From Synechococcus sp. (GTDB lineage Bacteria > Cyanobacteriota > Cyanobacteriia > Thermostichales > PCC-7336), in assembly GCA_051439425.1 (NCBI GenBank), contig JBFRWD010000182.1:1-51564 (forward strand): a DNA stretch of 51,564 nt. Reading direction: 5' to 3'. A program made the translations under genes and the position numbers. Below the pieces are notes generated by a model. The model worked only from the letters and a program-made list of their open reading frames with translations, did no database searches and was not told where the DNA came from. This document shows, piece by piece, positions 1 through 10,191 of the stretch. The number at the start of each line of letters is the position of its first letter. Position 1 is the first letter of the stretch.

Positions 1-132
1 TAGCCGGGCGTCAGTTTGATGATGAGCTTGACCTCGTTGACGCCATCATTGTTGGCATTGAGGCTCGGGCCAATCAGCATGGACGGGCTCTCGAACGTTT
101 TCTGTTTAATTAAAACAACCTACTTACCAGGA

Positions 133-913
133 GTAGTTTTGTCACTCATTCCTGCTCGTAGGTTTCCCAAACTACCAATCATGGGCTGGAGACTTTTCAT
201 AAACTCTGCCGACCGACGATGTCAGACCTGCGCTCGCACCTTCAACGGGCGAATTGGAACCCCCTTTAATTTCATCGAAATTCTCACAGACATTGTTTTT
301 CAAGTGCTGTTCGATCGAGTGCGATTCAAGCTCAGCCTGCGCCATCTGGTCGAATTCTTTTTGCTGCGCGGGTTCTAGTTCACCCACGAAACAGTTTGAG
401 ACTGGGAGGAACGATTCACACCTATCTGCATTCAGGATCTCAGAAGCAAGCGTTGAGGGACAGTCAACGGCAACTGGTTCCTGGATAAAACCTTTGTCAA
501 AATCCGAGGAAGATGCTCCTCCCATTACAGAGCAATTGATTCAGATGGCAAATCTAGTCGATTTGATGCTGAGTCAGAGGTGAAACATGGAAGCCGCCAA
601 AGCCTGTCCTGTCAAAACCAGGAATTATCTGATGTTGGGATTTGGAGCCTTTGCATCAGCCAAACGGCTGTGCAAGGTTGTTGATGAGTTGAAGCGATAT
701 TTGAGGGCTCGACGACGAATGAAAGAATCCGTGTGCCTATCCGAGCAACGGACTTATTTCCGCAAGCGGGTCCAAGAACTAAGAGCAGCGTTTACAGCTG
801 CCCAAGGACAGAGGATATTTGAACAGTTCTGTTTCATTGTCGCGAACTAGGCTTTCGATCCCGTTTCTGGCAATTTTGCTCAGACTTCCTGCCAGTAACC
901 GTGACAAAACTAC
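133..913 (+). mobile_element. Decayed IS6-family insertion sequence (transposase pseudogene) with 13-bp terminal inverted repeats
   Basis: GTAGTTTTGTCAC (133-145) is the exact reverse complement of GTGACAAAACTAC (901-913). Between them, read across stops and frameshifts: RCQTCARTFNGRIGTPFN..RFKLSLRHLVEFFLLRGF*FTHETV*DWE..WFLDKTFVKIRGR..YRAIDSDG/NLVDLMLS..MLGFGAFASAKRLC..DELKRYLR. These are IS6 transposase motifs; the central DDE segment appears deleted. Confidence 0.85.
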
Positions 914-1143
914 TGGCATAATCTTATCCCACTAATAACCACCTTTAATATTTTCTTTCTATTAAACGGCAAGAATTAAGTGCAGAATGATACATGCCTT
1001 ACGGGGGTGTGCGAACGGCACAAAATATTTCCATTGCGGAGTGCATAGGCAGCAGCTCCCATCCCTATATATCTACGAATGACCTGATGCCTTACTGAGA
1101 GTCAACCGGTCACTAGCAAACTTCGCAAAAGAGAGTCTAAATA

Positions 1144-3321
1144 ATGGCAAACTCAATCAAGCTTGGAGCGATTAACGGCTTAAACGGCTTTGTAGTGACA
1201 GGTATCGACAAATTTTCAGAGGGTGCCTCCGTAAGTGAAGCAGGAGATATAAATAACGATGGATTCGACGACATTATTATTGGCTCTAGAAAACCTGGCG
1301 CACTGGCAGGGGAGAGCTATGTATTGTTTGGCAAGCGAAGTGGCTTTTCTAGAAATTTTGATGTAAGTAGCCTGAATGGGTCGAACGGTTTTGTTCTGAA
1401 AGGCGTCGATTCTCAGGATGGTTCGGGATTCTCCGTTAGTTCTGCTGGAGATATTAATGGCGATAACATTGACGATCTAATTATAGGTGCACCCAGGGCA
1501 AATCCTACCGATAACGGAGCGTTTAATGGTTCAGGTCAGAGTTATGTGGTTTTTGGTCGAAATAGTAATTTCCCTTCTATCTTTAATCTAGCTGACCTGC
1601 TGCCAGGAAATGGTGGAAATGGTAGCAATGGTTTTGCCATTAATGGAGAAGAGTTTGCCGATCGTTCGGGGACATCCGTTAGTTCTGCTGGAGATTTTAA
1701 TGGCGATGGAAACAGCGATCTTATTATTGGTGCCCCTGCAAACACGGCTACCAATGGCAGGGAGGATGCAGGTGAAAGCTACGTTATATTTGGAGGGCAA
1801 ACACCTTACTCAAGTCCAGTTGAACTCTCTAGCTTAAATGGGAGTGACGGATTTTCTCTTAATGGTGAATTTGATAGGGATGAATCTGGAATTTCGGTCA
1901 GCAGCGCTGGCGATCTGAATAAAGATGGCTTTGATGACATCATTATTGGTGCCCCACGTTCAGACATCAATGGAAAGTCCAACGTGGGTAAAAGTTATGT
2001 GGTTTTCGGCCGCAGTACTGGATTTCCTAGTGAATTATCAAATTTAAATGGTTTAAATGGTTTTACGATCAACGGAATTAAATCTGAAGACGATCTAGGG
2101 CGTCAAGTAAGTAATATAGGAGATGTTAATGGTGATGGCATAGATGACATTATTATTAACGCGCCTGTAGGAAGCATCCAACAAAATGGAGGAAGTAGCT
2201 ATGTCATATTTGGAAGTAAAGGTAGATTTCGTCCTTCAGTAAATGTCAAACAGCTTAACGGCAGAAATGGTTTCCTTATTACTGGCGATAGACGAGGGAT
2301 AAAATCCGTTAGCGGAGCAGGTGACTTTAATGGAGACGGCATCGAAGACTTGATCGTTGGAGCACCCAATGCTGATTCAAACAACGAGAGCAAAGCCGGT
2401 GAGAGCTACATCGTTTATGGTCGCTGCGACGGCACTTTCCCCACTGTAGACCTTGCATCCCTGAGTAGTAGGGAGGGTTTTGTTATTAAAGGAGCAGAAA
2501 GAGGTGATAATGCTGGCCAAAATGTTAGTGGAGTAGGGGATATTAATCAGGATGGATTCGACGATGTGATTATTGATGCGGATAGTGGAAGTTACGTGGT
2601 GTTTGGCCGCGCCTCTATCCAAGCTGGAGCTAGAGTTGTTCCAGGAAGCAGTAACAGGGCCGATAACCTTGGCGGGACTGCCGGTAAAGATCTGCTCAGG
2701 GGGCTGGGAGGTAATGATTCCCTAGTGGGTGGCTCTGGCAATGACGAAATATTTGGCAATCTGGGGAATGACACCCTTCGAGGAGGAGCTGGAAATGACT
2801 TTATTAGCGGCTGTCGCGGACAAGATCGACTATTTGGTGATGATGGAAATGACAGATTAAGTGGTGGGATAGGCAACGATCGCTTGAAAGGTGGTAATGG
2901 AAAAGATCGTTTGTTTGGTGATGATGATAAAGACACTCTAAGTGGAGGAAGTGGTAACGACACCTTGATTGGTGGAAATGGTAAGGACATACTTACTGGT
3001 AATGTAGGACGCGATATTTTTGACTTCAATAATGTACGCGAAAGCCGGGTTGGCGCAGCAAAAAGAGATATTATCACTGACTTCCGAAGGAATCAGGATA
3101 AAATCGATTTGAGAACAATTGATGCAAAGACTGGCAAAGGAAATCAAGCATTCAGATTTATTGGCAGAGCGAAATTCTCAGGACGGAAAGGAGAATTACG
3201 GTATACGCTAGGTCGTAATAGTACAGTTGTTAGCGGTGACATTAACGGGGATAAAGTCAATGACTTCCAGATACAATTGAGCAAGGCAATCAATTTAAGT
3301 TCGAATGATTTCCTTCTATGA
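1144..3321 (+). CDS. Secreted FG-GAP (integrin-alpha beta-propeller) repeat protein with RTX Ca-binding nonapeptides and serralysin-like C-terminus
   Basis: Seven GD(I/F/L/V)NxDGxxD..IGAP-type repeats, a run of GGxGND-type repeats, and a C-terminal D-hydrophobic end (DFLL) typical of T1SS substrates. Confidence 0.9.
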   Translation: MANSIKLGAINGLNGFVVTGIDKFSEGASVSEAGDINNDGFDDIIIGSRKPGALAGESYVLFGKRSGFSRNFDVSSLNGSNGFVLKGVDSQDGSGFSVSSAGDINGDNIDDLIIGAPRANPTDNGAFNGSGQSYVVFGRNSNFPSIFNLADLLPGNGGNGSNGFAINGEEFADRSGTSVSSAGDFNGDGNSDLIIGAPANTATNGREDAGESYVIFGGQTPYSSPVELSSLNGSDGFSLNGEFDRDESGISVSSAGDLNKDGFDDIIIGAPRSDINGKSNVGKSYVVFGRSTGFPSELSNLNGLNGFTINGIKSEDDLGRQVSNIGDVNGDGIDDIIINAPVGSIQQNGGSSYVIFGSKGRFRPSVNVKQLNGRNGFLITGDRRGIKSVSGAGDFNGDGIEDLIVGAPNADSNNESKAGESYIVYGRCDGTFPTVDLASLSSREGFVIKGAERGDNAGQNVSGVGDINQDGFDDVIIDADSGSYVVFGRASIQAGARVVPGSSNRADNLGGTAGKDLLRGLGGNDSLVGGSGNDEIFGNLGNDTLRGGAGNDFISGCRGQDRLFGDDGNDRLSGGIGNDRLKGGNGKDRLFGDDDKDTLSGGSGNDTLIGGNGKDILTGNVGRDIFDFNNVRESRVGAAKRDIITDFRRNQDKIDLRTIDAKTGKGNQAFRFIGRAKFSGRKGELRYTLGRNSTVVSGDINGDKVNDFQIQLSKAINLSSNDFLL

Positions 3322-3477
3322 GGGGAGGAAGCTTTAGATTTTCGAGACAGATTCTGATAAACACTAACGGCACTGTCAGGGGCGAATAGTTACTGGAGAG
3401 AAAGCGGCGCTAAGCTATAAGTCTTCTCAGAGCCGTTAATTTTCTGCACTGAGCGTTCCTCGCTTAGATTCCAGATC

Positions 3478-3696
3478 TTACAGAATCCGTTCGATGACTC
3501 TAAAGCCCATGCCATTGACATACAGTTTCAGGCAATGTTGGTTAAGTACATCGCTGTAATCTTGGTGGCTATAGATTTCACAAATTGCTGGGGACACTGC
3601 TTGCAGATGTAGTGCTGCTTGCCAGTTTTATACCCGTTCTTTGAGCAGCTGCTCGATTAACATCTTGGACGTTTCATCACTACAGTATGCAACGCC
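3478..3696 (-). mobile_element. IS1-family remnant (InsA-like pseudogene plus one terminal repeat)
   Basis: Minus strand begins GGCGTTGCATA, then ATG at 3677: MKRPRC*SSSCSKNGYKTGKQHYICKQC.. frameshift ..YSDVLNQHCLKLYVNGMGFRVIERIL*, matching the zinc ribbon and YxNGMGFR motif of cyanobacterial IS1 InsA. Confidence 0.8.
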
Positions 3697-3728
3697 CAAA
3701 AGCGATAGTAGAAGACCAGCCTCCCAAC

Positions 3729-5327
3729 TTATAAATTAAGGACCTGACGCAGCGTGGTACAGTCTGACTCGCTAATTTTGAAGCGTCCTTTTTCGATGTC
3801 GCGAATCCAACTTTGACTTTTGCCCAGCCGTTTTGCAAGGGCACGTTGAGAGAGCTTCTGCCGTGAGCGAGCTGCGCTTATGTCTCGTCCGGACAGTTCA
3901 TCTGGACTGGCAACAGACCGAGACGATGAAAGCTTGCGGCGACGCTTTGCAGGACGTTTTCCCAAGCTCTCTTTCCAATCATCCGATAGCTCGAATCCAA
4001 CAATTCGAGCGTTCAGCAACCGCTGCCACTTATCTCTAGGGGCTGCATCCGTGAGGCTAAGACTTCGATGAGCATCTTCAACCCAAAAATCGAGTGCCTC
4101 ATCTGCTCCATCCGGAATTTCAGCCACCCTCGCCCACAGTGGTTGAATCTCGGTTGGATAGGTTTCCTCATCGAATAAGGGCTTGAGACCGTAGTAATAA
4201 ATCGTTTCTAGATCCCCTTCAAATGTTTTGAGCAAGCGCTTATGCGCGCCTCGCACAGTCGTTGCTTCTACGAGGCGGTCGTCGCCATAAGCAATGCTCA
4301 ATAAGGTACTGATTTTGACTCGCTGCTCTCCCCCCAGTCGAAGTTTGAACAGTAACCAAAGCAATATGCGTATGCCTCCCTCATGCTGTTGCCAATTGCT
4401 CATGATTTCTAATAACAGAGATTGGGGGAGGGACCCGTATTGGTAAAAGGCCGTCTGATGGCGGTATCCCTGCTTATTGAGAAAGTGCTTCGCCCAGATT
4501 CCTGGCTTTATGGTGAAACTCAAACCAATTAAATGGCGATGCCCGATAGAATCTTCTTCAAAGAAATATTGGGTATCGACGAGTTGCCAAATAGGATGCT
4601 CGTCGAGAGAAAATGAGCGGAATTTTCCTTGTCTCGGCCATTCCAACGCCACAAGTAGCTGGCAGGCTTGATGAACGAGATCTTTGATTAAGATTAGTTT
4701 GTTTAATTTATTCAAATCTTTACGCTTATCGAGCTTTAAATACTTCTCGATATGTTGATTGTTTAATACGAAGGTTTCGTCCCACGGGCGATCGAGCGTC
4801 ATGGCATAGGCTGCAAAAATGAGATGAATGCAGGTCGCTCGAATATCGAAATTCTCTAGAGTCTCTAAACCATCATTGATTGGAATTGGAGTGGGAGAAG
4901 ATTCCGGATCGGCCATCAGCCGAAAACGCATTTCTCCCAGACCGCGTCGAACAGTACGCCGATAGCAAAGCTGGCCTTCTGCATCTGCATGCCAAGGCAA
5001 ACTTTGTCGCTGAGCCAAAATATTGCAACTCTCCCATATCACCATCGAAGAGGCAAATGGGGTGTTTTTTCCATTGCGAAAAATGTCGAGGATCGCAGCA
5101 GGTAGCAGAGTACTTTTACTGCGACCCTTTTTGGGAGTTATGGGAGCGAGCGAACCGACATTGCATACATCCAGACAGCGTGGCTTCTCCAGCTCCTGGC
5201 AGTTATCGCAGAGGGTTGGATCGATCCAGTAACCGTCCCCTAAAGGCTCAGCTTTGATCGCACCAGTGGGGCATTCGGGCCAGCAACTATTGCAAGCATT
5301 ACATCCGCTGTCAATTCCATATGGCAT
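3729..5327 (-). CDS. cnfR: Master transcriptional activator of nif genes CnfR (PatB): N-terminal 2x[4Fe-4S] ferredoxin domain and C-terminal XRE-type HTH
   Basis: CNACNSCWPECPTGAI..CDNC..PRCLDVC ferredoxin motifs; C-terminal ARSRQKLSQRALAKRLGKSQSWIRDIEKGR HTH; adjacent to nif cluster; GGAG RBS upstream of ATG 5327. Confidence 0.93.
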   Translation of the reverse strand: MPYGIDSGCNACNSCWPECPTGAIKAEPLGDGYWIDPTLCDNCQELEKPRCLDVCNVGSLAPITPKKGRSKSTLLPAAILDIFRNGKNTPFASSMVIWESCNILAQRQSLPWHADAEGQLCYRRTVRRGLGEMRFRLMADPESSPTPIPINDGLETLENFDIRATCIHLIFAAYAMTLDRPWDETFVLNNQHIEKYLKLDKRKDLNKLNKLILIKDLVHQACQLLVALEWPRQGKFRSFSLDEHPIWQLVDTQYFFEEDSIGHRHLIGLSFTIKPGIWAKHFLNKQGYRHQTAFYQYGSLPQSLLLEIMSNWQQHEGGIRILLWLLFKLRLGGEQRVKISTLLSIAYGDDRLVEATTVRGAHKRLLKTFEGDLETIYYYGLKPLFDEETYPTEIQPLWARVAEIPDGADEALDFWVEDAHRSLSLTDAAPRDKWQRLLNARIVGFELSDDWKESLGKRPAKRRRKLSSSRSVASPDELSGRDISAARSRQKLSQRALAKRLGKSQSWIRDIEKGRFKISESDCTTLRQVLNL

Positions 5328-6053
5328 ACTCAAGCGCTCCTTCCGTTCGCCCAGTGCGCTGGCTCAGCACAGTACTTCAGTTACAAACAATTAAGTGTTA
5401 ATGGACTTTTAAATGGTTCGAGAAATACATATATAGAAGCTGTTTGGCTTCTTATCAACGCAATGGATAAGATTCTAAATAGCCTAAAAATTTGTGTCCG
5501 CAAACGATCGCCTACGAGAGGCAATCTGCATGTTAGTTGAGTCTAGTAATTTTTGTATTTCAAACTTATCTCTATAGATAGCCACATAGGGATATGTTAT
5601 CTATATCACTCGATACGGTTTAACTTTCTTTTTATATGCATTTTAGAGACAAGGTTCAGAACCAACTTTTTTGATTGCAGTTTTTCTGCCTGAACCATTC
5701 ATTCTCTGCGAGGCTCCTATCTTGGTGTCACCTAAGCGGATTATAAGGTCCTGATTGCGACAGGATTTCATCATCGATTTCAACGGGGGTATGGGATTCC
5801 GCTTTCATTAACTCTATAAATTTGGTGTCCTATGGCACTGAATTTCTGAGATTGCTTCTTAGTATTGTCAGTGTTTCATTATTTAGTTGTCAGTTCGTCG
5901 AAAGCTTGGCTATAGTTCTGTCAATCGGAATAAGAATCATCAGTATTTGTTCGTTTGGCATGCGTTTTCTTGGCTTTCTGGAGACTGTCACCCCAAGCCT
6001 CCTTACCTAGCTATTTGGGTTCTTACATTGCAGTTGATGTAAAGGATGACGCT

Positions 6054-6461
6054 ATGGCGCTCGTAGAGTTCTACGAAAAACCAGGTTGTATCGGTAATGC
6101 CAAGCAAAAGAAGCTGCTGTTGGAGGCGGGGCACGAGCTGAGCGTGCATAACTTGCTGGCTGAAGCCTGGACACCGGATAAACTGCGGCCCTTTTTCGGC
6201 GATCGCCCAGTCACGGAGTGGTTTAACCCCACAGCTCCACCCATTACCTCCGGAGAACTGCGTCCGGAACAGCTTGATGCCGATATCGCTTTGACATTGA
6301 TGATGGAGCAACCGATTTTGATTCGGCGACCGCTGATGCAAGTTAGCGATCGCCGTACTGCAGGATTTGACTGTGCTGAGGTTGATGCTTGGGTGGGCTT
6401 AAAACCTCAAACCGATCTGACTCAAGATGTCCAGACTTGTCCCCAGACCGTATCGAGCTAG
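6054..6461 (+). CDS. Nitrogenase-associated ArsC/Spx-family protein (NifO-like)
   Basis: FYEKPGCIGNAKQK..WFNPTAP..PILIRRPLM..GFD motifs of the ArsC-like nitrogenase-associated family. Confidence 0.85.
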   Translation: MALVEFYEKPGCIGNAKQKKLLLEAGHELSVHNLLAEAWTPDKLRPFFGDRPVTEWFNPTAPPITSGELRPEQLDADIALTLMMEQPILIRRPLMQVSDRRTAGFDCAEVDAWVGLKPQTDLTQDVQTCPQTVSS

Positions 6462-6465
6462 GGCT

Positions 6466-6491
6466 TCCAGGCCTTAGGGCGGATTGCTATA
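6466..6491 (+). repeat. Right-end fragment of the 105-bp dispersed repeat
   Basis: TCCAGGCCTTAGGGCGGATTGCTATA matches the 3' end of copies at 6863 and 29673. Confidence 0.7.
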
Positions 6492-6523
6492 TATACACCG
6501 AACCTATGTGGAGACGATTAACG

Positions 6524-6841
6524 ATGATGACATTACCGCTGACCGATGCCGAAGCGATCGCGATGGACTTTTTGATGGGAGATCTGGAAATTCCGGACAT
6601 CGATCGCGAGTTTTTCTCTGTAGTCTCCGCGAAAGAAACTGGTAGTGACTGGTTTGTCGTGAAAATTGGCGTTGAAGGGCTACCCGACCAATGGGTGTTG
6701 CAGGTTTTCGATACGGGGCAGTGCGATCCCTGTTATACGTTTCTATCCCCGATGCCGCCTGGGGAAGACGCTGACTTGGAGGAATTTCCCCCTCGTATTG
6801 CGGACGCGATCGCCGTGGAGCGATCCGGCAGCATCCACTAA
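6524..6841 (+). CDS. Conserved hypothetical protein (acidic, CDPC motif)
   Basis: 105-aa ORF with GGAG RBS, protein-like composition, in operon-like arrangement with the ArsC-like gene. Confidence 0.7.
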   Translation: MMTLPLTDAEAIAMDFLMGDLEIPDIDREFFSVVSAKETGSDWFVVKIGVEGLPDQWVLQVFDTGQCDPCYTFLSPMPPGEDADLEEFPPRIADAIAVERSGSIH

Positions 6842-6862
6842 TCGATCCTGAATTCTGACATC

Positions 6863-6967
6863 TATAGCGGCCTGCCATCCGCTATGGAGAGTTTTCCGAT
6901 CGTTTTGCCTTGCCAATCAATACTTTGAGCGGTTTCCGCACTCCAGACCTTACAGCGGATTGCTATA
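6863..6967 (+). repeat. 105-bp MITE-like dispersed repeat, copy A
   Basis: TATAGCG..ATCCGCTATGGAGAGTTT...CTCCAGACCTTACAGCGGATTGCTATA; aligns without gaps to 29673-29777 and 38117-38221. Confidence 0.85.
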
Positions 6968-6970
6968 ACA

Positions 6971-7333
6971 ATGACTGTTCGTGACTTACCTCCCGAAGAC
7001 TTGCCGCCTCAGTCGCTCGGGTATTTGGATACAGCTTTGCAGAAACAATTAGAACTCACCACTCGCCGGTATTTTCTTGATACGTGTGGCGAGTCCGTTA
7101 AGTCTCTATTAGAGGGATGCGAGTGGACAATCGGTTTAGCAGAAGGGTTGATGCTGGAGATTCACTGTCCGGATGCCCGCTACAACTGGTGGATACTCAA
7201 CCAAATTCAGGAGATCGCCACTCGACTGGCTCGATTAAGCCCTCAAGCCAAAATTAGAGTCCACCCTCCCTCTGAAACCAGCACGCCGTTCGATATGCGT
7301 GTGGATGAGCGAGCGGTTTATCGCGATAGTTAA
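6971..7333 (+). CDS. Conserved hypothetical protein
   Basis: 120-aa ATG ORF filling the gap, protein-like sequence (CEW..IHCPD..NW), convergent with the 7400-8041 gene. Confidence 0.72.
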   Translation: MTVRDLPPEDLPPQSLGYLDTALQKQLELTTRRYFLDTCGESVKSLLEGCEWTIGLAEGLMLEIHCPDARYNWWILNQIQEIATRLARLSPQAKIRVHPPSETSTPFDMRVDERAVYRDS

Positions 7334-7399
7334 TTGATGCTTGGAAAACGTATCTATAGAGAGCGTTCAAAAATGTTAGCGATATGGCCACTGCTAGAT

Positions 7400-8041
7400 C
7401 TAGAATCCGGCAAAACCGTTGGCAGCTAAGGACACTTCATTCCAAGCTGGAGCTCTATAACCTCGATTTAAACTGGGGTCGACGTATCCAACAACAGCGG
7501 ATAAATCGTCATCTCTCACGTCTCCATTCAAAAATTGTCTCAGTTGGGTTTCCCAGTTATTTGGATAATCTCTAATGATGGGATGTTTGATGACTAACGG
7601 TTGATACTCTTCTCGGTCTAGATCGACAATCACATCCAAACTGAGGATTCCTAGCGATCGGACAAAAACCCCCGTTGCAGCAATCTCAAATCCTCCATTT
7701 TCTTCGTGTTGCTTGAATACAGCAACAAAATGCCCCCCTCTGTGGATGTTGTACATCAAGCTGTTCGGCTCGCGAACGGGTTCAACGTCTACGTTGTAGC
7801 CTTTGCTTAGCCCCTGTTCCAGTGTGACATCTTCGTACTGTTGATCGGGATGGGGTAAATAGATTGTGAACTGATGAATATCGAACCAAGGATTACCAGA
7901 GGCTTCATTTGTTTGATGTTTCCACGAATGATAGTTTCGGCGCATCTCTAGGCCGACATAGCTTTCGCTGTCGCACATATTAATTAGAGCCATATTGAGT
8001 ACGCACTGCTCGAACTTATTGAATGTTCCTAAAACCAGCAT
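7400..8041 (-). CDS. Hypothetical protein at the end of the leftward nif arm
   Basis: 213-aa ORF with GAGG RBS upstream; co-oriented with nifP-nifV-nifT genes. Confidence 0.75.
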   Translation of the reverse strand: MLVLGTFNKFEQCVLNMALINMCDSESYVGLEMRRNYHSWKHQTNEASGNPWFDIHQFTIYLPHPDQQYEDVTLEQGLSKGYNVDVEPVREPNSLMYNIHRGGHFVAVFKQHEENGGFEIAATGVFVRSLGILSLDVIVDLDREEYQPLVIKHPIIRDYPNNWETQLRQFLNGDVRDDDLSAVVGYVDPSLNRGYRAPAWNEVSLAANGFAGF

Positions 8042-8102
8042 GAGTTTTGTCCTCAGTTCGGCATAAAGAAGTGACAGCTTTCGATATCGCTAACCGTTAT
8101 GT

Positions 8103-8447
8103 TTAATCTTCATCCAACGGAGGGATTGATTCTTCTATTTCCCACAGAATGCTTTTGTGGGCAATGAACCAACTGCGAGTTTCGGGCGTAAGGTCATCCC
8201 ACACCAAGTCGGGATCGACATGTGGAGATTCAAATCGATATTTTCTGCCGAGCGATCGCAAATTTTCCGTGACCGGTCTCGGGATACCAAACGCAAGCCA
8301 GCTAACGTTGACGATACGATTAGCCACTCCGCCGCTGGGGTCGTCAACCAATTGTGCCAACCGAATCAGATCGGCAAAATGAGTCGGTCTCAGTCCTGTT
8401 ATCTGCTCAATTTCCAGCACTCGCTGTTTATTGGGTTTGAGGCTCAT
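8103..8447 (-). CDS. Hypothetical protein (nif-associated)
   Basis: ATG at 8447 with GGAG RBS; 114 aa ending in acidic PPLDED; co-oriented in the leftward arm. Confidence 0.72.
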   Translation of the reverse strand: MSLKPNKQRVLEIEQITGLRPTHFADLIRLAQLVDDPSGGVANRIVNVSWLAFGIPRPVTENLRSLGRKYRFESPHVDPDLVWDDLTPETRSWFIAHKSILWEIEESIPPLDED

Positions 8448-8527
8448 ACTTGCTCCCGAACAACGTGCGTTCCTCGTTGGTGTTTGCTTGCGAATGGTCG
8501 ATTGGGCATTGCGACTCACCGTGTGGA

Positions 8528-9268
8528 TTAGACCTGGCTAGCCGCTCGATAGTTTTTCACCCGTCGACCGGTCCCGACCCCCAAAATCTTTGCCAACCAA
8601 GGGGGAGGAGAGGTTGCCAGAGCTTGTTGTAGATCGGCCAAACGTTCTCTGACGGCTCCACCGGTTTCAATTTTCATTGGGTAAATATTGGCTTGAATGA
8701 CTTTGGCCGCTGCTGGTCCCCCAATTGACGCAACGTAAAGAACGGGGCAATCGCGAATTAAATCGACGCGGAACTTATTTTTGTTGTCGCTGAGGTCGGC
8801 TTCTAATGCCGAGCGCACATCAATCAGCTTGATGGCGTTTGCCGATAGCTGATAGATCAAATAGCGGTGGCACGAACCAAAATGACCATCTAGCTGCTCT
8901 GCGGTGTTGGACGCAACAGCCACTCGAATGGAGTTGGGCATGTCGCCCTCTTGATAGGGCTCAATAGGGAGCGGGTGTTCGCAGGGACCTTTTTCCCCCC
9001 ACAAAATTCGCACGGCTTCTTTGAACGCAAAGATATCTTGATTGTCCGCATCTTCCCCTTCCCACTCGCCGTCATCGACGTCGTAAATATTGCCGAAGGA
9101 CCGTTTTAACTGGGTGACGGTCAGCGTGCTCAAGGATTCTTCCGTAAGCTCATCGTCAAGATTGGTTTGCAACGCTTCAATCACATCACTGACGGATACG
9201 TCAGGTAAGACTCTAGCGGCTAGGGCAATTCGGAGGGCAACTTCGTTGGAAATCGGTTGATCGGTCAT
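8528..9268 (-). CDS. Dinitrogenase FeMo-cofactor biosynthesis protein, NifY/NafY-like (NifX/NifB/NifY family with N-terminal domain)
   Basis: N-terminal EVALRIALAARVLP; C-terminal RVAVAS..LDGHFGSC..IGGPAAAKVI..PPPWLAK NifX-fold motifs. Confidence 0.88.
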   Translation of the reverse strand: MTDQPISNEVALRIALAARVLPDVSVSDVIEALQTNLDDELTEESLSTLTVTQLKRSFGNIYDVDDGEWEGEDADNQDIFAFKEAVRILWGEKGPCEHPLPIEPYQEGDMPNSIRVAVASNTAEQLDGHFGSCHRYLIYQLSANAIKLIDVRSALEADLSDNKNKFRVDLIRDCPVLYVASIGGPAAAKVIQANIYPMKIETGGAVRERLADLQQALATSPPPWLAKILGVGTGRRVKNYRAASQV

Positions 9269-9505
9269 GGCTTACTCCTGAGTTGAATTCCAGGGAAACA
9301 GGGGATGGATGTTTACATCGCTGCGAGCTGCAATCACACCAGAAAATCAGTGGAGAAGAAGTTTAGTTCCAGTTGAGTCGGCACGCTTGCGGTGTCTCTT
9401 GCGGTCATTGGAGCAGTGCGCGGATTCATCGTGACCTCGGCAGCGAGTAAGGGGCGTCGTTTTGGCGGAGGCGAAGCGATCGAACGGTGGGGGTTAGCCC
9501 GCTTG

Positions 9506-10144
9506 CTAGTGAGGCGTGCAAAACTGTTCTTCGAGTAGAGCGGGTAAGTTTTTGAGATTGAGTCGGTCGTAGTGGTGTTTACCCGGCATCACGGTCAAAC
9601 TGGGGGCTCTCGAACAGCGCTTTTGACAGCCGGTGTATTGAATTTCGACCCGATCCTGAAGCTGTTGCTCTTTCAGGGTGCGCTCCAGCGCGGCAACCAA
9701 CCGATGCCCTCCGCGCTTTTTGCAGCCAGACTTACGACACACCAGTATTTTGGCGCGCTTTTTGCCGAGTGTTGATGGGCACCTGTTCACCTCGGACAGG
9801 CAAGGTTCGGCCGAATCGGAAGAAACGGTGGGCGTCGCGGGGACAAGATGCAGAGGTCTGCTGTCCTTCTGCAGAGATAGGGGCAAGAAATAGTAAGCCT
9901 TCAGCTTGATGACTCTAGCGTCAAAATCGATTTGGCTGCGCCCAATACAGCGCACGCGATCGCCGGGTACAAACCGCTGTCTCTGCACGGAATGACGCAG
10001 TGTCTTCGGTAGCTTAACGGTCATCTGTTCCCCGTCGACCTCAAGCACAGCCGATTTGGGTTTGCTCGGATGCTTGCCGAGAAATCCTAAGAATGTTCCT
10101 TCTAAATCGAACATCCAGGGAGGCAATGGCTGATTGGCGGGCAT
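9506..10144 (-). CDS. Thioredoxin-like (2Fe-2S) ferredoxin-domain protein with N-terminal extension
   Basis: ILVCRKSGCKKRGG..TGCQKRCSRAPSLTVMP = Trx-like [2Fe-2S] Cys pattern. Confidence 0.82.
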   Translation of the reverse strand: MPANQPLPPWMFDLEGTFLGFLGKHPSKPKSAVLEVDGEQMTVKLPKTLRHSVQRQRFVPGDRVRCIGRSQIDFDARVIKLKAYYFLPLSLQKDSRPLHLVPATPTVSSDSAEPCLSEVNRCPSTLGKKRAKILVCRKSGCKKRGGHRLVAALERTLKEQQLQDRVEIQYTGCQKRCSRAPSLTVMPGKHHYDRLNLKNLPALLEEQFCTPH

Positions 10145-10191
10145 GGCAGCTCTCCTGTTGAAGTACCGGGTAACAGACTCTTCGGCGCTAA

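Noticed and set aside
1..120. Minus-strand reading frame running off the left edge (MLIGPSLNANNDGVNEVKLIIKLTPG)
   Set aside because: Too short and truncated to assign
16..850. ORFs 16-378, 172-525, 254-583 and 587-850 as genes
   Set aside because: They are fragments or shadow frames of the decayed IS6 transposase
5383..5610. NtcA/CRP site upstream of cnfR
   Set aside because: Best candidates are GTA-N7-TAC near 5372 (wrong spacing) and TGTTA-N6-TCACT at 5595 (degenerate); insufficient support
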